Source: an uncultured delta proteobacterium (lineage in GTDB: Bacteria; Myxococcota; Myxococcia; Myxococcales; Anaeromyxobacteraceae). Taken from it: a stretch of DNA of 64,000 nucleotides. Positions 41,005 through 50,275 of the stretch are shown here, in pieces; within the stretch, counting starts at the first letter, position 1, and each line of letters starts with the position of its first letter. The stretch spans positions 192,001-256,000 of the forward strand of contig CAWFDF010000004.1 of NCBI GenBank assembly GCA_963814585.1. Direction: 5' to 3'. The notes under the pieces were generated by a model that worked only from the letters and a program-made list of their open reading frames with translations, did not search any database and was not told where the DNA came from. The position numbers were made by a program, and so were the translations under genes.

Positions 41005-41676
41005 TCACCGCCGCCACCGCCCCGCCTCCACGAAGGAGAAGTAGCCGCCCGCCGCCACGATGACGTGGTCGCGGGCCAGCACGCCGACCAGCTCGGCGGC
41101 GGCGCGCAGCCGCTCGGTCAGGTCGACGTCCTCCGGCGACGGGGCCGGATCGCCGCTGGGGTGGTTGTGGACGAAGACCACCGAGTGGGCGCCCTCCCGC
41201 ACCGCCGGCCGGAGCGCGTCGCGCGGCGAGACCGGGCACTGCGAGAGCGAGCCCTCCGCCACCTGCACCGTGCGCTGCAGCCGCCCGCGCACGTCGAGCA
41301 GCACCACGTGGAACCCCTCGCGCTCGGCGTGGGCGGCGTGGCGCAGCAGCTCGTGGACCCGCCGCGGATCGAGGCAGCGCTCGCCTCGCCGGGGTGGCGC
41401 CCAGCCGCCGCGGCGCCCCAGCTCGAAGGCCGCGGAGAGGGCGGCGGCGCGGGCGGCGCCGATCCCGGTGCTGGCGGCGATGGCGCCGGGCGGGGCCCAG
41501 GCCAGCTCGTGGAGCGGCGAGGCCTCCAGCAGGTCGAGGGCGCTGACGCGCGCGGGCCGGCGTCCGGCGCCCAGCACCAGGGCCAGCAGCTCCGCGTCGG
41601 AGAGCGAGCGGGGGCCGTCGGCGAGCAGCCGCTCGCGGGGAAGGTCGGGCGGCGTGGCGCCGGTCGGAGCGGTCAT
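41005..41676 (-). CDS. radC: RadC family JAB-domain protein
   Basis: PRERLL, LSDAELLA, HhH-like GIGAARA, HNHPSGDPAPSPED, DHVIV. Confidence 0.95.
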   Translation of the reverse strand: MTAPTGATPPDLPRERLLADGPRSLSDAELLALVLGAGRRPARVSALDLLEASPLHELAWAPPGAIAASTGIGAARAAALSAAFELGRRGGWAPPRRGERCLDPRRVHELLRHAAHAEREGFHVVLLDVRGRLQRTVQVAEGSLSQCPVSPRDALRPAVREGAHSVVFVHNHPSGDPAPSPEDVDLTERLRAAAELVGVLARDHVIVAAGGYFSFVEAGRWRR

Positions 41677-41689
41677 CGGGGTGGGACAG

Positions 41690-41705
41690 AGCAACGGGCG
41701 TGCCG
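41690..41705 (-). promoter_or_regulatory. candidate sigma54 promoter directly upstream of radC
   Basis: Minus strand CGGCACGCCCGTTGCT = GG-N10-GC, near consensus. Confidence 0.55.
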
Positions 41706-41910
41706 CGACCGGAGCCGCCCCACGTCGGCTGCCGCCGATGGCCGGCAGGGGCCAACCGGCCTCCCCGCCTCGCCTTTCTCCTGACCGAGAGTAATCTCGG
41801 TGATCTCCGTGGAGGGCCCGATCCGGTCCCGGGGTCATCCTCCAGGACCGCCTCCGGCCGTGCGCCGACCTCCCAGGACCGCGGCGCGCCCACGGCCCCC
41901 GGACAGGGAC

Positions 41911-41945
41911 CGGCCCGAGCCACCGGAGGACCGGTGGTCGGGCCG
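41911..41945 (-). terminator. GC-rich hairpin downstream of yceI
   Basis: CGGCCCGA-G-CCACCGG-agga-CCGGTGG-TCGGGCCG; no clear U-tract. Confidence 0.45.
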
Positions 41946-41970
41946 AGGTGCAGCCTGGGCTTCCCGGCCG

Positions 41971-42558
41971 CTACTTGGCGGGCGGGGCCGCCTTCACCAG
42001 CTCGGCCTCGATGGTGATGGTGACGGCGTCACTGACCACCGCGTCGGGACCGTAGCTGACGCCGAAGTCCTTGCGGTTGAGCTTGGTGGTGGCCGAGACG
42101 GCGCGCCGGGAGAGTCCGTAGGGGTCCTTGATCTCCTTGGTCGGGCCGGTCACGTCGAGCACCACCGCCTTGGTGACGCCCCTCATGGTCAGGTCGCCCG
42201 TCACCTTGAGCCCCTCGCCGGCCTTCTCGACCTTGGTGGACTTGAAGGTGATGGTGGGGAACCTGGCGGTGTCGAAGAAGTCGGGCGACCGGAGGTGGGT
42301 GTCGCGCTTCTGGTCGCGGGTGCTGACCGAGGCCGCGTCGATGGTGGCCTCGACGGTCGACTTGGTGACGTCGGCCTCGTCGAGGACCACCGTGCCGGTG
42401 GTCTTGTCGAAGTCGCCGCGGACCGACGAGATCATGAAGTGCTTCACGGTGAAGCCGGCCTGGGTGTGCGAGGTGTCGATGTTCCAGGTGTCGCCGGCGA
42501 GGGCGAAGGCGGGGAGGGCGACGAGGGCGACGGCGAGGCTGCGGACGATGCGGTTCAT
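41971..42558 (-). CDS. YceI family lipid/polyisoprenoid-binding periplasmic protein
   Basis: Signal peptide; WNIDTSHT, VRGDF, RDTHLRSPDFFD, GDLTMRGVTK, RKDFGV. Confidence 0.93.
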   Translation of the reverse strand: MNRIVRSLAVALVALPAFALAGDTWNIDTSHTQAGFTVKHFMISSVRGDFDKTTGTVVLDEADVTKSTVEATIDAASVSTRDQKRDTHLRSPDFFDTARFPTITFKSTKVEKAGEGLKVTGDLTMRGVTKAVVLDVTGPTKEIKDPYGLSRRAVSATTKLNRKDFGVSYGPDAVVSDAVTITIEAELVKAAPPAK

Positions 42559-42627
42559 GGGTGCTGCTCCTTGGACTGGGTTGCGACTGCGGTGGTTCGG
42601 GACGTCGGTGGGACTGCGGCGCGCCCG

Positions 42628-43431
42628 TCAGGCCGTGGCCGGGCGGAACGCGAAGGTGCGGAGGCTCAAGGTGGCGTGGGCGAAGCCGGCGAAGATGGTC
42701 TCGGGCCGCTCCCCCGGCCAGGCGGCGCCGAGCGCCACCAGCAGCGGGTCGAAGTGCTCGCTGGACGGGTGGGCCCGCGCCGGGCCGGGGGCCAGCCGCT
42801 GCCAGCGGACCAGCGCCTCCCGCTCCTGCAGCTCGGCCCGCTCCCAGGCCCAGCGGTCGAAGTCGACGGCCCACGCCGCCGGCGTGGCGTCCTGGTGGGC
42901 GAGGTCGAGGTCGCCGAGGTTGTGCACCAGGCCCCCGCTGGCCACCAGCAGCACGCCCTCGTCGCGCAGCGGCCGCAGCGCCTCGCCGAAGCCGACCAGC
43001 GCCTCGGGCGGCAGCGCCGGCAGCGCCACCTGGATCACCGGGATCGAGGCGTCGGGGAGCGCCAGCCGCAGCGGCACCCAGGCGCCATGGTCGAGGCCGC
43101 GGGTCGGGCTGACCACCGCCGGGACGCCGGCGCCGGAGAGGTGCGTGGCGATCCGGGCGGCCCGGCGCGGCTCGCCCGGGACGTCGTAGCGGAGCCGGTA
43201 GAGCGGCTCGGGAAAGCCGGAGAAGTCGTGGATGGTCCCGGGCCGGGCGGCCCCCGTGACCCCGACCGGCCCGCGCGCCTGCCAGTGGGCCGACACCACG
43301 GCGATGGCGGAGGGGCGGGCCGCGCCCGTGAGGGCGTCGCCGAAGCGGCGCAGCGAGGCCGCGTACGGTCCGGCGTCGAGCGCCACCGTGGGGGCGCCGT
43401 GCGAGACGAAGACCACCGGCTGGCGGGTCAT
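42628..43431 (-). CDS. DODA/YgiD-type extradiol dioxygenase (LigB family)
   Basis: FVSHGAP, VSAHW, HDFSGFP, GLDHGAWVPL, SGGLVHNL, AHPSSEHFDPL. Confidence 0.9.
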   Translation of the reverse strand: MTRQPVVFVSHGAPTVALDAGPYAASLRRFGDALTGAARPSAIAVVSAHWQARGPVGVTGAARPGTIHDFSGFPEPLYRLRYDVPGEPRRAARIATHLSGAGVPAVVSPTRGLDHGAWVPLRLALPDASIPVIQVALPALPPEALVGFGEALRPLRDEGVLLVASGGLVHNLGDLDLAHQDATPAAWAVDFDRWAWERAELQEREALVRWQRLAPGPARAHPSSEHFDPLLVALGAAWPGERPETIFAGFAHATLSLRTFAFRPATA

Positions 43432-43790
43432 GGCGCGCCTCCGCCTCGTCCCGCGGCGCTGGCCCGGCCCTGGCTCCGCCGCCTGGCGCCGATGGCCCGC
43501 CCGGCCGGCGCGAAGACCCGGATCAGCTCACCCGCCCAGCCGGCCAGCGCCCCCGGCACGACCCGGTAGTGGTGGAACTGCCCGCTCCGCCTCACCGCCA
43601 CCAGCCCCGCGGCGACCAGCACCTTGAGGTGGTGCGAGATGGTGGCCTGCGACACCGGGAAGGCCCGGACCAGGTCGGCGCAGGAGTGCTCCGGGACCAT
43701 GGCGATGGCCAGCAGCAGCTCCAGCCGGGTCTGGTCGGAGAGGGCCTTGGCGACGCTGGCGACCCGGGCGGTGGAGGCGTTCATCGACAT
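43428..43790 (-). CDS. ArsR/SmtB family transcriptional regulator
   Basis: KALSDQTRL, SQATISHHLKVLVAAGLV, RRSGQFHHY; ATGA overlap with the dioxygenase. Confidence 0.88.
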   Translation of the reverse strand: MSMNASTARVASVAKALSDQTRLELLLAIAMVPEHSCADLVRAFPVSQATISHHLKVLVAAGLVAVRRSGQFHHYRVVPGALAGWAGELIRVFAPAGRAIGARRRSQGRASAAGRGGGAP

Positions 43791-43886
43791 ATCGATGAGC
43801 GTCTATCTAAGGCCCCCGCCGCCCGGCGCCATCCCATCGACATGCCCCGTCGGGCGATACCTGCAACCGTGCGGGACGACTGGGGA

Positions 43887-44987
43887 TCAGCGCCGCAGGA
43901 ACCGCTCCAGGAGCCGGTAGCCACGCGCCAGCGCCGCCACCTCGACCCACTCGCCCCGCTGGTGCGCCTGCGCGGTCGCGCCCGGCCCGAAGTTGACCGC
44001 GCGGACGCCGTGCACCGCCAGCCGGGCCACGTCGGTCCAGGCCTGCTTCGGCTCGGCGGCCGCCCCGGTCCGCGCCAGGAGCCGCTGCACCAGCGGATGA
44101 TCGCTCCAGGCCGGACAGGCCGGCGAGCGGTCGTTGAGCGTCACCGAGGCGCCGTGCCGCTCCGCCAGCGCCGTCAGCTCCCCGGCCGCCTGCTCCAGCG
44201 TCTTGTCGGGCGCGAAGCGGAAGTTGAGGTTGAGCGCGCAGCGATCCGGCACCACGTTGCGAGCGTGGCCGCCGTCGATGCGGGTGCAGGTGATCACCTC
44301 GCGGAAGACCTGCCCGCCGCTGACCGCCTCCCGCGGCGGCCGCGCCGCCAGCTCGGCCAGCAGCATCCCGGCCCGGTGCACGGCGTTCTCCCCCTGCCAC
44401 GGCCGGGCCGAGTGCGCCGAGCGGCCGTGGAAGGTGACGGTGGCGTGGATCGAGCCGACACAGCCGAGCTGCACCACGTTGTCGGTCGGCTCGAGGCAGA
44501 GCGCCAGCTCGGCCTGCCTCACCTCGGGCGCCCCGGCCAGCACCGCCTCCAGCTCGTTCTCGAGGTACGGCCCCTCCTCGCGGGCGTAGAGGACCAGCAG
44601 GAGATCGCAGAACCGATCCCCGCCGGGCAGCGCCTCGGCCAGCGCCATCATCACCGCCAGCCCGCCCTTCATGTCCGAGGCGCCCGGCGCCACCAGCCGC
44701 GCCCCGTCGCGGCGCGGCCCGCCGCGATCCTCGGCGTGCACCGGCACGGTGTCGAGGTGGCCGCAGAGCGCCAGCAGCGGGCGGCCGGGCCGGGCCATGG
44801 CGCCGTCCACCCCCACCACCAGCGAGTCCTTGATCCGGCGAACGTGCGGGAAGCGGCCCGTGGCCCAGGCCTGGACCTGGTCGCAGAGCCTGCGCTCCTC
44901 GCCGATGGGCGAGAGGACGCCGCACAGCGCGGCGGTCCGCGCCCCCAGCGCCTCGGCCAGCGCCTGGTCGGCCGCGGCCTCGCTCAC
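43887..44987 (-). CDS. dapE: succinyl-diaminopimelate desuccinylase (M20 family)
   Basis: GHLDTVP, GASDMKGG, REE, LEPT, GRSAHSARPW, NFGPG, AHQ; GTGA overlap with dapD. Confidence 0.88.
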   Translation of the reverse strand: MSEAAADQALAEALGARTAALCGVLSPIGEERRLCDQVQAWATGRFPHVRRIKDSLVVGVDGAMARPGRPLLALCGHLDTVPVHAEDRGGPRRDGARLVAPGASDMKGGLAVMMALAEALPGGDRFCDLLLVLYAREEGPYLENELEAVLAGAPEVRQAELALCLEPTDNVVQLGCVGSIHATVTFHGRSAHSARPWQGENAVHRAGMLLAELAARPPREAVSGGQVFREVITCTRIDGGHARNVVPDRCALNLNFRFAPDKTLEQAAGELTALAERHGASVTLNDRSPACPAWSDHPLVQRLLARTGAAAEPKQAWTDVARLAVHGVRAVNFGPGATAQAHQRGEWVEVAALARGYRLLERFLRR

Positions 44988-45808
44988 ACCTGCACCTCGA
45001 AGTCGCGCAGCGCCTCGTTGAGCGAGACCTTCTTGTCGGTGGAGGCGCTCCGCCGACCGACGATGAGGGCGCAGGGGATCTGGTAGACGCCGGCCGGGTA
45101 CTTCTTCGGCCTCGTCCCCGGGATCACCACCGAGCGGGCCGGGACCCGCCCCTTGTGCACCACCTCCTCCTGGCCGGTCACGTCGATGATGGGCGTCGAC
45201 GCGGTGATGCACACGTTGGCCCCCAGCACGGCGTCCTCCTCCACCAGCACCCCCTCGACCAGGATGCAGCGCGAGCCGAGGAAGACCCCGTCCTCGACGA
45301 TGTTGGGCCGGGCGCCGGGTGGCTCGAGCACGCCGCCGATGCCGACCCCCCCGGCGACGTGGACGTTGCGCCCCACCTGGGCGCAGGAGCCGACGGTGGC
45401 CCAGGTGTCCACCATCGAGCCGGCGCCGACGCGGGCCCCGACGTTGACGAAGCCCGGCAGCACCACCACGCCCGGCTCCAGGAAGGCGCCGTAGCGGACG
45501 ATGCCGCCGGGCACCAGCCGCACGCCGGCCGCCTCGAGGTCGTGCTTGAGCGGCACCTTGTCACGGGCCTGGAAGGGCCCGTACTCGTGGACCGCCATGG
45601 GGGAGATGCCGAAGTAGAGGTTGACCGCCTGCATCAGCCAGGCGTTCACCTTCCACTCGCCGTCCCGCTTCTCGGCCACCCGCAGCTGCCCGCGGTCCAG
45701 GCCGGCCATGGCCAGCCGCACCGCCTCGCGGACGGCCCCCTCCTCCAGCCGCTTGCGATCGGCGAAGGCCGCCTCGATCAGCGCCCTCGTCCCCTTCCAG
45801 TCGCTCAT
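44984..45808 (-). CDS. dapD: tetrahydrodipicolinate N-succinyltransferase
   Basis: LDRGQLRVAEK, DKVPLK, FVNVGA, MVDTWATVGSCAQVG, GGVLEP, SLNEALR. Confidence 0.95.
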   Translation of the reverse strand: MSDWKGTRALIEAAFADRKRLEEGAVREAVRLAMAGLDRGQLRVAEKRDGEWKVNAWLMQAVNLYFGISPMAVHEYGPFQARDKVPLKHDLEAAGVRLVPGGIVRYGAFLEPGVVVLPGFVNVGARVGAGSMVDTWATVGSCAQVGRNVHVAGGVGIGGVLEPPGARPNIVEDGVFLGSRCILVEGVLVEEDAVLGANVCITASTPIIDVTGQEEVVHKGRVPARSVVIPGTRPKKYPAGVYQIPCALIVGRRSASTDKKVSLNEALRDFEVQV

Positions 45809-46957
45809 GTCGGAACCCTCCTCCACTGGTCGATGGCCGCCCGGCACTCGTCCAGCGCCGGGACCAGCGCCACCCGCACGTACCCCTCGCCGGCGCCGAA
45901 GGCGGTTCCCGGGGCCACCACGATCCCTGCTTCCAGCAGCCGGAGCGCGTACCCGGCCGCGTCCAGGCCCGCCGGCACCTTCACCCAGAGGTACAGGGTG
46001 GCCTCGCTGCCGTGGACCTCGAGCCCGCGCTCGCGGAAGAAGGCGGCGAAGAGGTCGCGCTTCTGCCTGAAGACGGCGCGGCGCTCGGCGGCGTGGGCGT
46101 CGTCGCCCCAGGCGGCGGTGGCGGCGGCGCTGACGAAGTCGGGCGAGGCGACGCCGGGGTGGGAGCGGAGCCGCTTGAGGATGGCGACCAGGTCCGGGTC
46201 GCCGGCCACGAAGCCGGAGCGGTACCCGGTCATGCCGCTCCGCTTCGAGCAGGAGTGGATGCAGAGGACGTTCTCCACCTGGACCTGGAGCATGGAGAGC
46301 GGCGGCACGCCGAAGTAGACGTCGGCGTAGCACTCGTCGGAGACCACGACGAAGCCGTGGCGCCTGGCGGCGGCGCCGACGCGGATGAGGTAGTCGCGCG
46401 GCGCCATGGCGCCGGTGGGGTTGTGCGGGTAGTTCACCCAGAACAGCAGCGTCCGGTCGAGCACGCCGGGCCCGAGCGCCTCCGGCTCCACCAGGAAGCG
46501 GTTGGCGGCGGTGAGCGCCACCTTGACGGGCTCCAGCCCGGCGAAGCGGGCCCCCACCTCGTAGGTGGGGTAGCCGGGGTCGGGCATCACCACCAGGCGG
46601 CGGGCCGGGTCGCCGCAGAAGGCGAGCGGCAGGTGGAAGATGGCCTCCTTGGCGCCGCTGGCCGGCACCACCTGGGTGTCGGGGTCGACGGTGACGCCGA
46701 AGCGGCGCGCCAGGTAGCCGGTCACGGCGCCGCGCAGGGCCGGGGTGCCGAGCGGGCTCGGGTACTGCGACACCTCGGGCACCGCAGCGCGCAGGGCCTC
46801 CCTCAGGAACGGTGGGGTCGGCTCCTTCGGATCGCCCAGCCCGAAGTCGAAGAGGCGAGCGCCCCTCGGCGCGGAGCCGGGCCTTCCGCTCCTCCAGCGC
46901 CACCATCAGGTTGACCTGCAGCTGCCCCAGGATCGGGTTCTTCGGCGGCGAACGCAC
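45805..46957 (-). pseudogene. dapC: succinyl-diaminopimelate aminotransferase (class I/II PLP) with a 1-nt frameshift near 46858
   Basis: N-terminus (KNPILGQL...LRAEGR) and remainder (LFDFGLGDPKEPTP...NYPHNPTG, SDECY, SKRSGMTGYRSG) join if one base is removed from minus-strand GGG CGC t CGC CTC TTC. Confidence 0.8.
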
Positions 46958-47005
46958 CGGTCGAGGATATGCCCAAGCGCCCGAAAACGCATTATAAGCG
47001 CGGTC

Positions 47006-48397
47006 ATGCTGCGCTACGACGTGGTGGTCATCGGCTCGGGTCCCGCAGGGGAGAACGGCGCCATCCAGGCGGCCGCCCTCGGCAAGAAGGTGGCGCTGGT
47101 GGAGAAGGAGGCGGTGCCCGGCGGAGCCTGCGCCAACACCGGCACCATCCCCTCCAAGGCGCTGCGGGAGACCGCGCTGGCCATCAAGCAGGCGCGAAGC
47201 CGCGACGCCCACGGCATCGAGCTCAAGGTGTCCGACACCGTCACCGTCCCCGAGCTGATGGGGCGCCGCGGGCTGGTCACCGCCCGCGAGCACGGCCGCA
47301 TCCGCGACGGCCTGAGCCGCGCCGGCATCGAGTACTTCCGGGGCAAGGCCAGCTTCCAGGATCCCCACACCGTCCGCATCACCACGCCCGGGGGCTTCAG
47401 CTTCCAGGACGTGGCCACCGAGGTGGTGCTGCTGGCCACCGGCACCCGCCCCTTCCACCCGCCGCCGTACGCCTTCGACAACATCTGGGTCTACGACTCG
47501 GACTCGATCCTGCTGCTCGACCGGGTGCCGCGCTCGCTGGCCATCCTCGGCGGCGGGGTGGCCGGCTGCGAGTACGCCTCGATCTTCGCCGCCCTCGGCG
47601 TCCACGTGCACATCGTCGACTCCAAGGACCGGCTGCTGCCCTGGCTGGACGCCGAGCTCTCGCTGGCCATGCAGGAGGCCTTCGTGGAGGGCGGCATCGA
47701 GCTGCACCAGCGGCTGCGGGCCACCAAGGTGGAGCGCGGCGACCGCGACGTGCTGGTCACGCTCTCCACCGGCTCGCGCATCGTGGCCGAGAAGGTGCTG
47801 GTGGCCGGCGGGCGCATCGGCAACGTCGAGTCGCTCAACCTCGCCGCCGCCGGCCTGGAGGCCACCGACAAGGGGATCCTCGAGGTGACGGCCAACTACC
47901 AGACCAAGGTGCCGCACATCTACGCCGCCGGCGACCTGGTCGGCTTCCCCGGGCTGGCCTCGGCCTCGATGGAGCAGGGGCGCATGGCGATGATCCACGC
48001 CTGCGGCGCCGGGCGGAGCCGGCTCTCCGACCTGCTGCCGGTGGGCATCTACACCATCCCCGAGGTCTCCTCGGTGGGCGAGACCGAGGAGTCGCTCTCC
48101 GCCAAGTCCATGTCCTACGTGTCCGGCAAGGCCAGCCTGATGGGCAACGCCCGCGCCAACCTCATCGGCGAGGCCACCGGGTTCGTGAAGATCCTGGCCG
48201 GCCGGGGGGACCGCAAGATCCTCGGCGTCCACTGCATCGGGCCGCACGCCTCCGAGCTGGTCCACCTCGGCCACGCCGTGATGGCGCTGGGCGGCGACCT
48301 CGGCTACTTCGAGCAGGCGGTCTTCAACTACCCGACGCTGGGCGAGGCCTTCAAGTACGCGGCCTTCGACGCGCTGGAGAAAGTGAAGGGCGCCTAG
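47006..48397 (+). CDS. sthA: soluble pyridine nucleotide transhydrogenase
   Basis: IGSGPAG, GGACANTGTIPSK (CxxxxT instead of the disulfide), YDSDSIL, ASMEQGR, GIYTIPE, FNYPTL. Confidence 0.92.
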   Translation: MLRYDVVVIGSGPAGENGAIQAAALGKKVALVEKEAVPGGACANTGTIPSKALRETALAIKQARSRDAHGIELKVSDTVTVPELMGRRGLVTAREHGRIRDGLSRAGIEYFRGKASFQDPHTVRITTPGGFSFQDVATEVVLLATGTRPFHPPPYAFDNIWVYDSDSILLLDRVPRSLAILGGGVAGCEYASIFAALGVHVHIVDSKDRLLPWLDAELSLAMQEAFVEGGIELHQRLRATKVERGDRDVLVTLSTGSRIVAEKVLVAGGRIGNVESLNLAAAGLEATDKGILEVTANYQTKVPHIYAAGDLVGFPGLASASMEQGRMAMIHACGAGRSRLSDLLPVGIYTIPEVSSVGETEESLSAKSMSYVSGKASLMGNARANLIGEATGFVKILAGRGDRKILGVHCIGPHASELVHLGHAVMALGGDLGYFEQAVFNYPTLGEAFKYAAFDALEKVKGA

Positions 48398-49305
48398 CCG
48401 ATCCTGGCCCGCGCCTGCGAGAGCGCGGCGTGGACCTGCTCCAGCGCCCGCTTGGCGGCGTGGAGCTCCTCGCGGTCGCGCCGCAGCGACTCCAGCTCGG
48501 CGGCCAGCCCGTCCCGCTCGCGCGCCGTCTCGGCCAGCGCCCCCCGCAGCCGGGCGGCGTCGGCGCCGGCCTCGCGCAGCTCCTCGGCCAGCCGCTCCAC
48601 CTCGGCGGCCCGCTCGCTCCGCCCGGCGGCCTCCTCGTCGGCGCGCCGCGACACCTCCTCGAGCAGCCGGGCCCGCTCCTCGTCGATGCCGGCCATGGCC
48701 TGGGCGCGGCGCAGCGCCTCGTCGCGCTCCGCCTCCAGCGCCGCCAGCTCCGAGAGCAGGTCGCCGAGCACGGCCCGCTTCTCCTCCAGCTCGGCCTCCA
48801 CCGCGCCCGTCCGGGCCAGCGCCTCGCGCCCCTCGCCGGCGGTGCGCGCCAGCTCGGCCCGGGAGGCCTCGAGATCGGCCCGCAGCGCCGCCTCGCGCTC
48901 GCGGGCGCCCTCCAGCTCGGCCTCCAGGTCGTGGGCCAGCCCCAGCACCTGCGCGGCGGCGCGCGACGGGTCACCGGGCGCCGGCTCGGTCCGCCGGCGC
49001 GGCCGCGCCGCCTCGGCCACGCGCCGCTTGATCTTGTCGAGCCGCTCCCGGCGGGCCTCCAGGTCGTCGGCCTCGGGGGCGAAGGCCTGCGGCGCGCGGG
49101 TCGCGGCCGGGGCGCTCGCCGCCACCTCCAGCCGGGCCTCGGCGGCCCGGGCCATGGCCGCCAGGGTCGGCGTCTCGGCCAGCGGGGCGCGCACGCCGGG
49201 CGGCGCGTCGTCGACCATCGCCTCCAGCTGCAGCGGCGCGGTCGCGGCGGCGGGCTTGAGGCGGGGCTTCAGCTTGGGGACGTTGGCGTCGAAGGCCTTG
49301 CGCAT
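48394..49305 (-). CDS. pomX: PomX-like coiled-coil ATPase-activating protein
   Basis: N-terminus MRKAFDANVPKLKPRLK resembles the M. xanthus PomX N-peptide (K13, R15 kept); Ala/Pro linker; long C-terminal coiled coil; follows the ParA gene. Confidence 0.8.
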   Translation of the reverse strand: MRKAFDANVPKLKPRLKPAAATAPLQLEAMVDDAPPGVRAPLAETPTLAAMARAAEARLEVAASAPAATRAPQAFAPEADDLEARRERLDKIKRRVAEAARPRRRTEPAPGDPSRAAAQVLGLAHDLEAELEGAREREAALRADLEASRAELARTAGEGREALARTGAVEAELEEKRAVLGDLLSELAALEAERDEALRRAQAMAGIDEERARLLEEVSRRADEEAAGRSERAAEVERLAEELREAGADAARLRGALAETARERDGLAAELESLRRDREELHAAKRALEQVHAALSQARARIG

Positions 49306-49310
49306 GCTGG

Positions 49311-50267
49311 TCACGCTCCCGCGGCGCCGGAGCGGCTTGGCTCCAGGGCGCCGATGCGATCGAGGATCTCCAGCTGGAGCGCCTCGATGTCGTTCGCCCC
49401 CTTCGAGTCCGGGTCGTACCCGAAGACCGGGCACCCCTCGCTCGAAGCCTGGGCAAACTTGGTGCACTGCCGGACCACGCTCTTCAGCAGGTACTCCCCG
49501 TAGTGGGTCTTCAGGGCGTCGACCGCCTCGCGGGCGATCCGGAAGGTCTGGTTGAAGGCGTTGACGACGATGAAGATGTGCTGGAGCTGGTGGGAGAGGT
49601 CGGTCTCCAGCCCCTGCACGGTCTCGAAGAGCAGGCGCAGGCCGTCGTAGGACAGGAAGTCGGCCAGCACCGGGATGATCAGGTCGTCGGCCGCCATCAG
49701 CGCGTTGAGGTTGAGCAGCCCGAACGACGGCGGCGCGTCGAGCACCACGAAGTCGTAGTGGGGCCGGGCCTCCTGCAGCGCCTTGGCGAGCCGGAACTCG
49801 CGCCCGGCCATGGGCATGAGCGAGAGGTCGATGGTCGACATGGCCAGGTTGGCCGGCACCAGGTCGAGGTTGGGCATCCGGGTGCGGACCGTCACCTCGG
49901 AGACGGGGGTCTTGCGGACCAGCACGTCGAAGAGCGTGGCCTTGGCCTCGCCCCCCTCGTGGCCGAGGCACTTGGTGGCGTGCCCTTGCGAGTCGAGATC
50001 GACCACCAGCACCCGGTAGCCTCGCTCGGCCAGGCGGTACGCGTAGGAGGTGGAGAGGCTGGTCTTGCCGGTGCCGCCCTTGAAATTGAGGAAGAGCTGG
50101 ACGCGCGCCGCGTTGAGCGCCAGGGCCGGCTTCTTCAGCTTCACGCGGAGCTCGGCCAGCACCTCCGGGCCGTAGGCCTCGCGCTTTCCCAGCGCGGCCT
50201 CCACCTGGCGCGGCGTGGCGCCGACGATCTCGGCGAGGCGCCTCATGCTGTAGCGGACGTTCTCCAT
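49311..50267 (-). CDS. pomZ: PomZ-like ParA/MinD ATPase
   Basis: Deviant Walker A NFKGGTGKTS, DLDSQGH, DAPPS; flanked by pomY- and pomX-like genes. Confidence 0.85.
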   Translation of the reverse strand: MENVRYSMRRLAEIVGATPRQVEAALGKREAYGPEVLAELRVKLKKPALALNAARVQLFLNFKGGTGKTSLSTSYAYRLAERGYRVLVVDLDSQGHATKCLGHEGGEAKATLFDVLVRKTPVSEVTVRTRMPNLDLVPANLAMSTIDLSLMPMAGREFRLAKALQEARPHYDFVVLDAPPSFGLLNLNALMAADDLIIPVLADFLSYDGLRLLFETVQGLETDLSHQLQHIFIVVNAFNQTFRIAREAVDALKTHYGEYLLKSVVRQCTKFAQASSEGCPVFGYDPDSKGANDIEALQLEILDRIGALEPSRSGAAGA

Positions 50268-50275
50268 CGTTCCCC

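Noticed and set aside
49311..50267. Chromosome or plasmid partitioning parA
   Set aside because: No parB or parS nearby; flanking genes fit PomY and PomX
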